Origin: an uncultured Alphaproteobacteria bacterium
Lineage (GTDB): Bacteria; Pseudomonadota; Alphaproteobacteria; Rhizobiales; Beijerinckiaceae
DNA length: 64,000 bases
NCBI GenBank assembly: GCA_963782255.1
Contig: CAWAIS010000002.1
Coordinates: 998,557 to 1,062,556 of the forward strand
Direction: 5' to 3'
Positions 20,267-30,934 of this stretch are shown here, in pieces (position 1 is the stretch's first letter; each line of letters opens with the position of its first letter). The translations under genes were made by a program, and so were the position numbers. The notes under the pieces were generated by a model. That model was not told where the DNA came from. It ran no database searches and saw only the letters and a program-made list of their open reading frames with translations.

Positions 20267-20779
20267 TTATCGACGGGTGACGCGCCAGCCTCCGGGATCC
20301 CGCTCAAGCGTCGTCGTATGCAGTCCGAACGGCTCCGGCGTGACGCCGCGGATCCAGAGCTCCAGGCGCTCAGCGTCGATCTCGACGAAGATCGCATTGG
20401 CGCGATCCGTCTCGGTGGGGAAGTAGGCGTTGTAGGCGTCCTTCCAGCGCTGGCGGACCTCGGCAGCGCTGTCGCGAAGCGCGGCCCTGCCGGTCAACGT
20501 GACGAAGGCGAGATCGGGGTCGTCTTGAAAGACGATTGTGACCTCGTTGGCGCGCCGCATCTCGGACACCTTAGCCGAGCGCCCGTCCGTGAGGAACCGG
20601 ATCTTCCAGACGTCCTCGCCGGGGTCGCGCATGATCCGCCCCATCGGCCGGAGGTTGGCGCCGCCGCTGTCGGCCGCGGTCGCGAGCCAGCAATAGCGCA
20701 CGCCTTCGATTGTCCTCAGCGCCCCCGCCAGGAGCCGGCTCACTTCGTCGCCGCCGCGCTCGTCTTGGACTTCTGACAT
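20267..20779 (-). CDS. Pyridoxamine 5'-phosphate oxidase-family (general-stress-protein-26-like) protein
   Basis: ATG at 20779. A PNPOx-like split-barrel pattern (CWLATA...LRPMG...FLTDGRSAKV). Divergent from a TetR gene. Confidence 0.75.
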   Translation of the reverse strand: MSEVQDERGGDEVSRLLAGALRTIEGVRYCWLATAADSGGANLRPMGRIMRDPGEDVWKIRFLTDGRSAKVSEMRRANEVTIVFQDDPDLAFVTLTGRAALRDSAAEVRQRWKDAYNAYFPTETDRANAIFVEIDAERLELWIRGVTPEPFGLHTTTLERDPGGWRVTRR

Positions 20780-20837
20780 CGGCGAACTCTCCGTTCGCCC
20801 CACAGCCGATCAAGCGGTACCACATCTTGACCCACGC

Positions 20838-20859
20838 GTCTAGACCAAATAGTCTAGAA
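20838..20859. promoter_or_regulatory. Putative TetR operator: palindrome GTCTAGAC plus half-degenerate copy GTCTAGAA
   Basis: GTCTAGAC at 20838-20845 and GTCTAGAA at 20852-20859, 5-26 nt upstream of the TetR ATG (20864). They overlap a TTGACC-N17-TAGTCT promoter-like pair. Confidence 0.35.
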
Positions 20860-20863
20860 AATT

Positions 20864-21472
20864 ATGGGGCGAGCGCAGTTCGATCATGCCGGCTTCCTGA
20901 CCGCGGCGCGCGAGCTCATCGCCGAGCGCGGGCCCGGCGCCGTGACCGTCGACGCCATCGCCGAGCGGCTGAACGCGCCCAAGGGATCGTTCTACTACCG
21001 CTTCGCCTCGCGCGACGCGCTCATCGGCGAACTGTGGCTTGCGACCGTGTTCGCCTATCAGGAGGGGTTCGTCGCGGCGATCGAGGCCGGCGAAGGGCTG
21101 CGCGCGGCGCTTCACACGCCGGCATGGGCGCGGCGGCGCCTCGATGACGCTCGGCTGCTCATGCTCTACAGCCGCCATGATTTCGTACAGGGTGACTGGC
21201 CGGCGCCGCTCAAGCGCGGCGTCGCCGATCAGGCGCAGCGCTTCGAGACATGCTTGCGCACGTTTGCGCGCGAGGCGTTTGGCCGCGCCGGACCGAAAGA
21301 GCTGCGTCGCGCCGCATTCGTTCTTGCGGAAGTTCCGATTGCCGCCGTGAAGCCCCACCTCCAGCGTCGCGAGCGGCCCCCGCCGCTGGTCGACGAGTTG
21401 ATCGCCATGACGTATCACGCAATTGTCGGCGGCGCGTGCCGCAATGCCGACGGAAGCGCTCCGATGCGCTAA
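20864..21472 (+). CDS. TetR/AcrR-family transcriptional regulator
   Basis: N-terminal HTH VTVDAIAERLNAPKGSFYYRFASRDALIGELW. Confidence 0.85.
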   Translation: MGRAQFDHAGFLTAARELIAERGPGAVTVDAIAERLNAPKGSFYYRFASRDALIGELWLATVFAYQEGFVAAIEAGEGLRAALHTPAWARRRLDDARLLMLYSRHDFVQGDWPAPLKRGVADQAQRFETCLRTFAREAFGRAGPKELRRAAFVLAEVPIAAVKPHLQRRERPPPLVDELIAMTYHAIVGGACRNADGSAPMR

Positions 21473-21521
21473 AAGGTCCCGGGCTGTTTTATCGGAGAGC
21501 GGCTAAAGGGAGGCGCAACTC

Positions 21522-22802
21522 ATGGCCAACGAACGATGGCGCAACAGGCGCCTGGGCAATCGGGAATTGGCGCCGGAAACCCTGATGATGGGCTACGGCT
21601 ACGATCCGTTCCTGTCCGAGCGGTCGTTGAAGCCGCCGGTCTTTCAGACGTCGACTTTCGTCTTCCGCACGGCCCAGGACGGCAAGGAATTCTTCGAACT
21701 GGCCTACGGCCTGCGCCAGAAGCGGCCGAACGAGGAGCCGGGCCTCATCTACAGCCGGATCAACAATCCCGATCTCGAAATGCTCGAGGACCGGCTGGCG
21801 ATCTGGGACGAAGCGGAGGACAATCTGGCGTTCGCCTCGGGCATGGCCGCCATTTCGACAAGCCTATGGGCCTATGCGCGCCCCGGCTCCGTCATCGTTC
21901 ATTCGGGGCCGGTCTATGGCGGCACGGATTTTCTCTTAAAGAAGATCCTGCCGCAATTCGGCGTGACCCCAGTAGGCTTCCCGGCGGAGGGCGGGCGGAC
22001 GGCGATGGAGGAGGCGGTCGATCGCGCGCGCGAGATCGGTTCGATCGCGGCGCTTTATATCGAGACGCCGGCCAATCCGACCAATGGCCTTGTCGACATC
22101 GGCCGCGCCAGACAATTGGCCGACGGCCTCAAGGGCGCCGACGGAAGGCGCCCGGTCATCATCGTCGACAACACGATGCTGGGACCCTTGTTCCAGACGC
22201 CGCTGGCGCATGGCGCGGATCTCGTCGTGACCTCGCTCACCAAATATGTCGGCGGCCATTCGGACTTGATCGCGGGCGGCTGCTCAGGCGCGGCGGCGAC
22301 GCTCGACCCGATCCGCGGCATGCGCACGATCCTGGGCACGATGTGCGATCCCCATACCGGCTGGCTCATCATGCGCTCGCTCGAAACCTTGAAGCTCAGG
22401 ATGACCGCCTCGGCCGAGGGGGCGCGCAAGGTGGCGGACTTTCTCTCCGGCCATGCCAAGGTCAACTCGGTCTGGTATTTGGGTTTTCTGCCGGAGGATC
22501 ATTCCGATTGGCAGGTCTTCGAACGCCAGTGCAAAAGCGCGGGCTCGACTTTCAGCTTCGAGGTGAAGGGCGGCGAGGCCGAAGCCTTCGCCGTCCTGGA
22601 CCGGCTGGAAGTGTTCAAGCTCGCAGTCAGTCTGGGCGGAACCGAGAGCCTGGCCTCGCACCCCGCGTCGATGACCCATTCCGACATTCCGCCCGAGGAG
22701 CAGATGCGCCTGGGGATCACGCCGGCCTTGATCCGCCTGTCGGTCGGCATCGAAAATCCGAACGATCTCATCGCCGACCTCGATCAGGCGATGAGAGGCT
22801 GA
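21522..22802 (+). CDS. Cys/Met-metabolism PLP-dependent enzyme (cystathionine gamma-synthase/lyase family)
   Basis: 426 aa. SLTKYVGGHSD is the PLP-lysine motif. RBS AAGGGAGG lies upstream. Confidence 0.85.
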   Translation: MANERWRNRRLGNRELAPETLMMGYGYDPFLSERSLKPPVFQTSTFVFRTAQDGKEFFELAYGLRQKRPNEEPGLIYSRINNPDLEMLEDRLAIWDEAEDNLAFASGMAAISTSLWAYARPGSVIVHSGPVYGGTDFLLKKILPQFGVTPVGFPAEGGRTAMEEAVDRAREIGSIAALYIETPANPTNGLVDIGRARQLADGLKGADGRRPVIIVDNTMLGPLFQTPLAHGADLVVTSLTKYVGGHSDLIAGGCSGAAATLDPIRGMRTILGTMCDPHTGWLIMRSLETLKLRMTASAEGARKVADFLSGHAKVNSVWYLGFLPEDHSDWQVFERQCKSAGSTFSFEVKGGEAEAFAVLDRLEVFKLAVSLGGTESLASHPASMTHSDIPPEEQMRLGITPALIRLSVGIENPNDLIADLDQAMRG

Positions 22803-23306
22803 CGAAACCGGCGTGTTAGGGTCCGGCGGGGCTCGCTAAGTTAGGCCCGACGAAGCGGGCCAATCGCAGCGGGCGAGAGTCCGCGCTTGCCGTTGAGAAT
22901 TTCGACGATCCGGCCGGATTGGCGTCCCGCAACCCGGCGCGTGCCCGATGTCGTATGCCGTTGAAGAGGCAAGAGAATTTAGGCAGGACCGGAACAAATG
23001 CAGAAACGCTTTCTTGCAGAAAGCAGGTCTTTGTGCTAATGTGTTTTCTGTTCACCGAGCTTTGCGAGCGTGACCCACGACGGAGGCGCCCAGCCCATGC
23101 CGGCTTCAAGCTCGAGCATGGGCGACATTCGTAGCCTTCGCGCGCCATAGATGAAACTCGTCGCCACGCTCGACCGTTATTATGGCCTCGTCGGGCGCTG
23201 GCGCTTGGTTCCTTATGGCGTAAGACCGCAAACGTCTTGGTCGCGCCGCCTCCACCGCTCGCGCTCACCTACGCGCCCGAGCGCGCGCTTAACGTGCTCG
23301 CGTTAA

Positions 23307-24728
<1,422 letters not shown>

Positions 24729-24774
24729 GAGCTGACTCCGGTCCACTCCAATAAGGACGGCGATTGTCGGCCGT

Positions 24775-25665
24775 TCAGAAACGGCCGAGCACGGTTCCGG
24801 CGATTTCGCACTGGAATCCTTCAAGCGCGTGCGAGACCGTCTGGATATCTTTGACTTTGCTGCGATGCCGACGCGCGACCAGAATGGCTGATCCGACGCG
24901 GGAGGAGACGACGTAAGCATCCGCGCTTTCCAGAGCCGAGGGAGTGTCGTAAATCACGACGCCGTAATTGCGCTGGGCGTTCTGAGATAAATTCAGGAAT
25001 TCCTTTGAGCTCAGGAGTTCCTGCGGATGCGGAGCGGTCGCGCCTGCGACAAGCAAGGACAGACCCGGCACGATGTCTATGGCGACCGGCGCAGAATTTG
25101 CTTCGCCGTGCGTCAATGCCTCGACCAGGCCCTCCGCCTTTGAATCGACCCCGAAAAGGGCGCCGAGCCTCGGCTTTCGGAGATTGGCGTCGACGAGAAG
25201 CGTCGGCACCGCCATCTGAGCGAACGACAGCGCGAGATTGGCCGCAAAATACGTCGTTCCAACTCCGGAGCGCGCGCCGATCACCGCAAATGCGTTCTTT
25301 CCTTGCGAAAGCGGGCCGGTCGCCAGCGCCGAGCGGACCGATCGAAATGCCTCCGCCCGCGCGCTGAAAGGCTGAAAGCCGACGACGAGTTCGCCCGAGA
25401 AACGCAACTCATCGCCGCCGAAATTTAGTACGGGGTAATTATATCGCTTTGAAAGCGCCAGAAACAGGCTGTCCCGCCGCACAAGACCGAGCGTGATCGC
25501 GGCCTCACCGAAGGTTAGGCCCTTGCGCCTTTGAAACCCTCGGATGGCCTCAACCTGGGCTTCGCTGAGGTTGCCAGCCGCGAGAATCTGCTGTTCGATT
25601 GGATCTTTGGGACCTTTGATGGGTAGAACTCCAGAATCTATTTGGCGACTTGCGTTGATCGTCAT
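24775..25665 (-). CDS. BY-kinase/EpsG-like P-loop ATPase, cytoplasmic domain only, degenerate Walker A
   Basis: ATG at 25665. Walker A' LLVDANLRKPRL and Walker B VVIYDTPS are present. The Walker A position reads GARSGVGTTY, with Thr where Lys is expected. There is no transmembrane/Wzz region and no C-terminal Tyr cluster. Confidence 0.7.
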   Translation of the reverse strand: MTINASRQIDSGVLPIKGPKDPIEQQILAAGNLSEAQVEAIRGFQRRKGLTFGEAAITLGLVRRDSLFLALSKRYNYPVLNFGGDELRFSGELVVGFQPFSARAEAFRSVRSALATGPLSQGKNAFAVIGARSGVGTTYFAANLALSFAQMAVPTLLVDANLRKPRLGALFGVDSKAEGLVEALTHGEANSAPVAIDIVPGLSLLVAGATAPHPQELLSSKEFLNLSQNAQRNYGVVIYDTPSALESADAYVVSSRVGSAILVARRHRSKVKDIQTVSHALEGFQCEIAGTVLGRF

Positions 25666-25820
25666 CCGTTCAACTCTCGATATGCGGCCGTGATCCCGAC
25701 CCCGCTGAACGGGTCGAAGATCCGACGCTGCCTCAAATGTTTTCCCAAACCGTTTCCCGCCGCAGTCCGGCATTTGCCGAACCGCGAGCGCCACGGCCTA
25801 CCCCCAAGGAAACCTAACTA

Positions 25821-26627
25821 TCAGAATATTCGCTCGTTGACGACAATTGTGTCGTTGGGCTGGACCTGGTCGTCCAGCGACGCCGGCATTTCCTCGGTCT
25901 GTCCGTCGGCGGACTTGCGTTTGACCCGCAATCGCAACTCGGTGCCTAATGGAGTGAGGCCACCTGCGATCGAAATTGCCTGTTCGATCGTCAAGGGACG
26001 AACCAACGGGAACTCCCCTGTGTGTCCAACATAGCCGTAGACGTAGTAGAATGGAACGAGGTCAACGAAGATCTCGTCGTTGTTCAGGACGAAAATCCGA
26101 TCGCCGTTGATCTTGCCCGTAGCGATGTCCCTTCCATTGTACCGCATCGTCACCGTGCCGTTCCGCCCTTTGCGCCGCAGGATGATTGTTCCCCCTGTTT
26201 CCCTCAAGCCTCCGGCCCGCGCCAAGAACTGCGGGAGCGTAGTCGCCCGGTCGATCGTGTATACGCCGGGCGCTCCAACCTGCCCTTCGATGCTGACCTG
26301 AGCGCCGAACGCCGTAACCTCGACCAGCACGTGCGGTTCCGTGACGATTTGACGCTCCGCAAGGCGTCTTTCGATGGTGTGAGCCAACTGGTCCTCGGTG
26401 TCGCCGGCGGCTCTAATCCGGCCAAGATATGGAAAGTTTATTGTGCCGTCCGGCTCGACGCGGGTGGTCGTGTCCATGTCCGGCTGATTCACAACCTTGA
26501 TCGCAATCACGTCCGAGTTAGTCAGAACTCGGCCCGCAGCTTGCGCGGAGGAACCTGCTCCGCTGCAAATCGCGAAGCTTACGCTCCACGACAAAAAGAG
26601 CCCGAGCTTTTGCATAAGTTTCAACAT
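25821..26627 (-). CDS. Polysaccharide export protein (Wza-like, Poly_export + SLBB)
   Basis: 268 aa with a signal peptide. DVIAIKVVNQPDMDTTTRVEPDGTINFPYLGRIRAAGDTEDQL is the Poly_export signature, followed by an SLBB-like region. Confidence 0.85.
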   Translation of the reverse strand: MLKLMQKLGLFLSWSVSFAICSGAGSSAQAAGRVLTNSDVIAIKVVNQPDMDTTTRVEPDGTINFPYLGRIRAAGDTEDQLAHTIERRLAERQIVTEPHVLVEVTAFGAQVSIEGQVGAPGVYTIDRATTLPQFLARAGGLRETGGTIILRRKGRNGTVTMRYNGRDIATGKINGDRIFVLNNDEIFVDLVPFYYVYGYVGHTGEFPLVRPLTIEQAISIAGGLTPLGTELRLRVKRKSADGQTEEMPASLDDQVQPNDTIVVNERIF

Positions 26628-26653
26628 TGTTCACGCTCCAGCCTTGGAATCCT

Positions 26654-28042
26654 TCAATAGGGTGCGAAGTTGAGATTCAGCATAACCACGCTTGTAGGGG
26701 TCACCAGGTTGGCCTGCGTTGTTCGGGTGAATTGATAGCTTAGATTCGCGCCGAGGAACGGAGTTATCGAGTAGTTTACGGTTGCACCTACATTAACGGA
26801 ACTAGAGTTCTGATTCACGACAAACAGCGTGTTCACATTCGTCGTGGTGGGCGTGAACGCGCTCTGAAAGCGGTCGGCCGTTGCGTTGGCGGAAAGCGTC
26901 ACTTTGGGCGTCAGATGATAGCTGAGGGTGAAACTCGCAGATTCGGTGGTTTGCAGGTTGCTGATGATGGCCGTCGGCGGGGTGACAACACGCGCGACCG
27001 ACGCAGAAAGCGCGACTTTCGGGGTGATTGTCCAGCTGCCCGAAAGCGAATATTGCGGCTCGAGCCCGGACGGCAGGCCGATGTAGAACACTGCGTTCCT
27101 CGTTCCGACAACGCCGACCGACGCGATTATGGAAAGGTTGGGGTTGATGTTCTTCGTATAGGACAGATTGACCTGGTCTTCAGTGAACCTGTTGAAGAGG
27201 CCCAGACCCGTATTCGAAACCGGCATTCCCAGACTGTTGAATATCACGCTCCGATTGGTGTAGTCCGTTCCGGTCACTGTCGCGAGGAGCTGCAGGCTGT
27301 TTGTCTCGGAAGCGCTGTAACTCATTCCCGCGGCGACGAATTCATTCTGGAAATCATTCGACTTGTCGACCAGAGCCGTATTCGTCGAACTCGTGGCGCC
27401 GCTGTTCAGGATCGCCGCCCATTCGCTGGATATGGCGCATTTTCCGGTTTCGTTGAAGGCAAGCGCTGTCGTTGTGTTGATAACGTTGAAGCCGACCTGC
27501 TGCGACGGCGTCACGAGCGTGGTCGTTGTTAGGGGAGAGGGCTGCTGCCCCGGCGTTGTTGGAGCGGTTATCTCAGAGGCGATGAGTGTCCCCGAGCATT
27601 TCGAGGTGTAAACCCAGTCGACGCCGGCATCTACGGAATTGTGGGCCTCGTTCAAATACGTGTGATCGATATAGCGATAGAATCCGTAAGACCCGTGGGC
27701 GAAGAATTGCTGGCTTCCCCAATTTGCTTTCGTGGACAAGGTGTAATCCGAAACGGACTCCAAGCCGCTGAGCGGCTGGCCGGCCACCAGCGCTTGGAGG
27801 GGGTTTTGGCTAGCTGAGCCAGTAAATTTTGGCGTGTTCAAGATATTGCTGTTGTAGAGGGTGCTTTCGTTAACTCTGAGTTGGAAAGGCAGATCGCTCC
27901 AGTTCTCGGGGAGGCCCGGCAACGCGGAATTGAAGGAATTGAATTCCGAGTTTCCGAGCGCGGACACATCCTCGCCCTTGGCGGTGCTGACGGCGCCAAG
28001 CATCAAGACTGTTGCGAGCGTCGACGCGGCGCTCCGAACCAT
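26654..28042 (-). CDS. Outer-membrane beta-barrel protein of exopolysaccharide loci (EpsL / PEP-CTERM-associated barrel-like)
   Basis: ATG at 28042 with signal peptide MVRSAASTLATVLMLGAVSTAKG. Ser/Thr/Asn/Tyr-rich alternating pattern with C-terminal LNLNFAPY. Visibly lower GC than its neighbours. Confidence 0.6.
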   Translation of the reverse strand: MVRSAASTLATVLMLGAVSTAKGEDVSALGNSEFNSFNSALPGLPENWSDLPFQLRVNESTLYNSNILNTPKFTGSASQNPLQALVAGQPLSGLESVSDYTLSTKANWGSQQFFAHGSYGFYRYIDHTYLNEAHNSVDAGVDWVYTSKCSGTLIASEITAPTTPGQQPSPLTTTTLVTPSQQVGFNVINTTTALAFNETGKCAISSEWAAILNSGATSSTNTALVDKSNDFQNEFVAAGMSYSASETNSLQLLATVTGTDYTNRSVIFNSLGMPVSNTGLGLFNRFTEDQVNLSYTKNINPNLSIIASVGVVGTRNAVFYIGLPSGLEPQYSLSGSWTITPKVALSASVARVVTPPTAIISNLQTTESASFTLSYHLTPKVTLSANATADRFQSAFTPTTTNVNTLFVVNQNSSSVNVGATVNYSITPFLGANLSYQFTRTTQANLVTPTSVVMLNLNFAPY

Positions 28043-28495
28043 CACACTCCGTCGCTCCAGAGCGCATCCACGCTTCCACACTCCTGGCAGCGCGACCCTC
28101 ACGCCAAGTCGCCCGACTTCAGATCAAGCCAACACTCGAAGTCGTCTCGCCAGCGAAACGAACTCGATATGGCTGACCGGCGGCCGCGAAGCGCTTAGCC
28201 ATCCATAAAACATTCATGCTAATCAGCCGTAAAGCACCTCCCGAGGCTTTTCCTCTGCGGCTGTAGCTGGCGAATGGGGGAGTGACCCTCGGACAAGCTC
28301 CAGAGATCGCGCCAAATCATTTCCCCCTCCGCCCAGCCGCCCTCCATCCATAGTCATATTCGCCGCATGGCGACAAGGCGGCAAAAGCCACACCCCGGCC
28401 AAAATCGGAGGTCCGGATCTGGACAGTGATGTCTAGACCGGTCCGGCGGGATTCGGTAGCGTGCCGCTCAGCTCTCATTCGCTCCGGGGACCTGC

Positions 28496-30910
28496 ATGAA
28501 AGCGCATTATCGAGTGGTCGTGATTGGTGGCGGAGTCGTCGGCGCGTCGGTTCTTTACCATCTTGCGAAATTAGGCTGGTCGGACGTCGCCCTCGTCGAG
28601 CGGTCCGTCTTGACCGCGGGGTCGTCTTGGCATGCAGCCGGCGGCTTTCACGCGCTGAACGCCAATCCAAACATGGCGATTCTTCAGGCCTACACGATCG
28701 ACCTCTTGAGGCAAGTCGAGGCCGAGTCGGGTCAGTCCATTGGTATGCACATGACCGGCGGCATCCATGTCGCTTCGGCGCCTGAACGCTGGGAATGGCT
28801 GCAAGCCTCCTATCGACGTTTCCAGGCGATCGGCATCGAGGACGTCCGCCTCGTGACGCCCGATGAGATTAGGTCACATTGCCCGATCATCAATGTGGAC
28901 GGCGTGTTCGGCGGCATGTGGGCCGATCGCGAGGGCTACGTCGACACCACTGGGACGGTTTGGGCCTATGCCGCCGCGGCCAAGAAGCGAGGCGCCGCCG
29001 TCATCGAGCACAATCGGGTGCTCGAACTGAAGCCGCGCCCGGACCGGACCTGGGACGTGATCACCGAGAAGGGCGCGATCAACGCCGAGCATGTCGTCAA
29101 CGCGGGCGGGCTGTGGGCTAAGCAGGTCGGACGCATGGTCGGCCTGGACCTGCCAGTCTCGCCGCTCGAACACCACTACCTCATCACCGAGACGATCCCG
29201 GAGGTTGCGGCGCTCAAGACCGAAATCCCGATGGTCGTGGACCTCGAAGGGTTCACCTACATGCGGCAGGACCAGAAGGGCATCCTGGTCGGGGTCTACG
29301 AGCGCAGCCCGCAGCATTGGTCCATGGACGGGGCTCCGTGGGACTATGGAGTCGAACTGCTCCAGGAGAACATCGACCGGATCTCCAGCGAACTCGAGCT
29401 CGTCTTCCACCGTTACCCTGTGTTGCAGAGGACCGGCATCCGCAAATGGGTCAATGGCGCCTTCACCTTCTCGCCCGACGGGAATCCGCTGGTCGGTCCG
29501 ATCGCGGGGAAGCCCGGCTACTGGCTCGCTTGCGGCGTCATGGCCGGTTTCCTGCAGGGGGGTGGGGTCGGCAAGGCGCTCGCCGAATGGATGGTCCACG
29601 GCGAAACGGCGGAAGACGTATTCGGCCTCGATATCGCCCGCTACGGACCCCACGCGTCCAACCGCGAATATATCAGGCAGACGACCGGCGAGTTCTACGC
29701 GCGCCGGTTCGTCATGACCTACCCAAACGAGCAGCTGCCCGCCGGCCGTCCCTTGAAGACAACGCCGGCCTACGACGCCATGACCGCCGAGGGCTGCCAA
29801 TGGGGCAATTCTTGGGGATTGGAGGTCCCGCTCTATTTTGGGCCGCGCGGCTTCAAGGAGAAGCCGACGCTGAAGCGCTCGAACGCGTTCGACATCGTCG
29901 GGGCGGAATGCCGCGTGGTGCGCGAAGGCGTCGGCCTGCTCGATATCGCATCGTTCTCGCGCTACGAGGTCACTGGCCCTCAGGCTGAGGCTTGGCTCGA
30001 TTGGCTCGTGGTCTCGCGCATGCCGAAGCCGGGGCGCGCGAAGCTGGCCCCGATGTTGTCCGAGACCGGCAAGCTCAAGGGCGACCTCACCGTCATCAAC
30101 TGGGGCGACGGGACCTTGTGGATCGAGGGCTCTTATTATCTCCGGCAGTGGCACATGCGCTGGTTTGCCGACCATGCGCGCGAGGGCGTCCATGTCCGCG
30201 ACATCTCCGACGACGTCATCGGCTTTTCCCTCTCGGGGCCCAAGTCGCGCGACCTTCTGACGCGCGTCACCCATCAGGACGTCTCGAACGCTGCGATTCC
30301 ATTCATGGGCGCCGCGATCCTCGACATCGGCCTCATTCGCGCGAAGGTGGCGCGCCTCTCGGTCACAGGCGAACTGGGATACGAGATCAATTGTCGCGCG
30401 CTCGAGCATTCGACGCTGCGCAGGACGCTCATCGCGGCCGGCACCGAGCTCGGCGTCAAGGAATACGGCTATAACGCCTTGCTGGCCCTTCGTTTGGAGA
30501 AGAGCTTCGGCATCTGGTCGGCGGAGTTCACCCAGGCCTACACGCCCCGCATGACGGGGATGGATCGGTGGATCGCCTGGGACAAGAGCGAGTTTGTCGG
30601 CAAGAAAGCGGCGCTCGCCGAGCGCGAGGGTCCGCCGCCGTCGCATCTCCTCGTCACGCTCGACATCGAGGCGCTCGACGCCGACGCCTCGGGCTACGAG
30701 CCGGTCTGGCTGGATGGACGCAGAGTGGGTTTTGTGACCTCGGGAGGCTACGGCCATACGATCGGCAGGAGCCTGGCGATGGCGCTGGTGGCGCCGGAGG
30801 CCGCCGCGGTCGGAACCGGACTCGCTGTTCATATCGTTGGCGTCGAGCGCAAGGCGCGGGTGATCCCGCCCTCGCCCTATGATCCCGCCGGCAAGGCGAT
30901 GCGGGCATGA
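28496..30910 (+). CDS. Dimethylglycine/sarcosine dehydrogenase-family FAD oxidoreductase with a GcvT folate-binding domain
   Basis: 804 aa. VVVIGGGVVGASVLYHLAKLG (FAD binding), the DAO domain and a C-terminal aminomethyltransferase-like domain. Confidence 0.9.
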   Translation: MKAHYRVVVIGGGVVGASVLYHLAKLGWSDVALVERSVLTAGSSWHAAGGFHALNANPNMAILQAYTIDLLRQVEAESGQSIGMHMTGGIHVASAPERWEWLQASYRRFQAIGIEDVRLVTPDEIRSHCPIINVDGVFGGMWADREGYVDTTGTVWAYAAAAKKRGAAVIEHNRVLELKPRPDRTWDVITEKGAINAEHVVNAGGLWAKQVGRMVGLDLPVSPLEHHYLITETIPEVAALKTEIPMVVDLEGFTYMRQDQKGILVGVYERSPQHWSMDGAPWDYGVELLQENIDRISSELELVFHRYPVLQRTGIRKWVNGAFTFSPDGNPLVGPIAGKPGYWLACGVMAGFLQGGGVGKALAEWMVHGETAEDVFGLDIARYGPHASNREYIRQTTGEFYARRFVMTYPNEQLPAGRPLKTTPAYDAMTAEGCQWGNSWGLEVPLYFGPRGFKEKPTLKRSNAFDIVGAECRVVREGVGLLDIASFSRYEVTGPQAEAWLDWLVVSRMPKPGRAKLAPMLSETGKLKGDLTVINWGDGTLWIEGSYYLRQWHMRWFADHAREGVHVRDISDDVIGFSLSGPKSRDLLTRVTHQDVSNAAIPFMGAAILDIGLIRAKVARLSVTGELGYEINCRALEHSTLRRTLIAAGTELGVKEYGYNALLALRLEKSFGIWSAEFTQAYTPRMTGMDRWIAWDKSEFVGKKAALAEREGPPPSHLLVTLDIEALDADASGYEPVWLDGRRVGFVTSGGYGHTIGRSLAMALVAPEAAAVGTGLAVHIVGVERKARVIPPSPYDPAGKAMRA

Positions 30911-30934
30911 TCGAGGCGGCTCCGGCGAACTGAA

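Noticed and set aside
21473-21521. A SAM-II or other methionine riboswitch ahead of the Cys/Met PLP enzyme gene.
   Set aside because: Only 49 nt are available and the pseudoknot consensus is absent. The gene is more likely co-transcribed with the TetR gene.
22816-23268. The 150-aa minus-strand ORF as a real gene.
   Set aside because: It has no RBS or start context, a low-complexity composition and no recognisable family.
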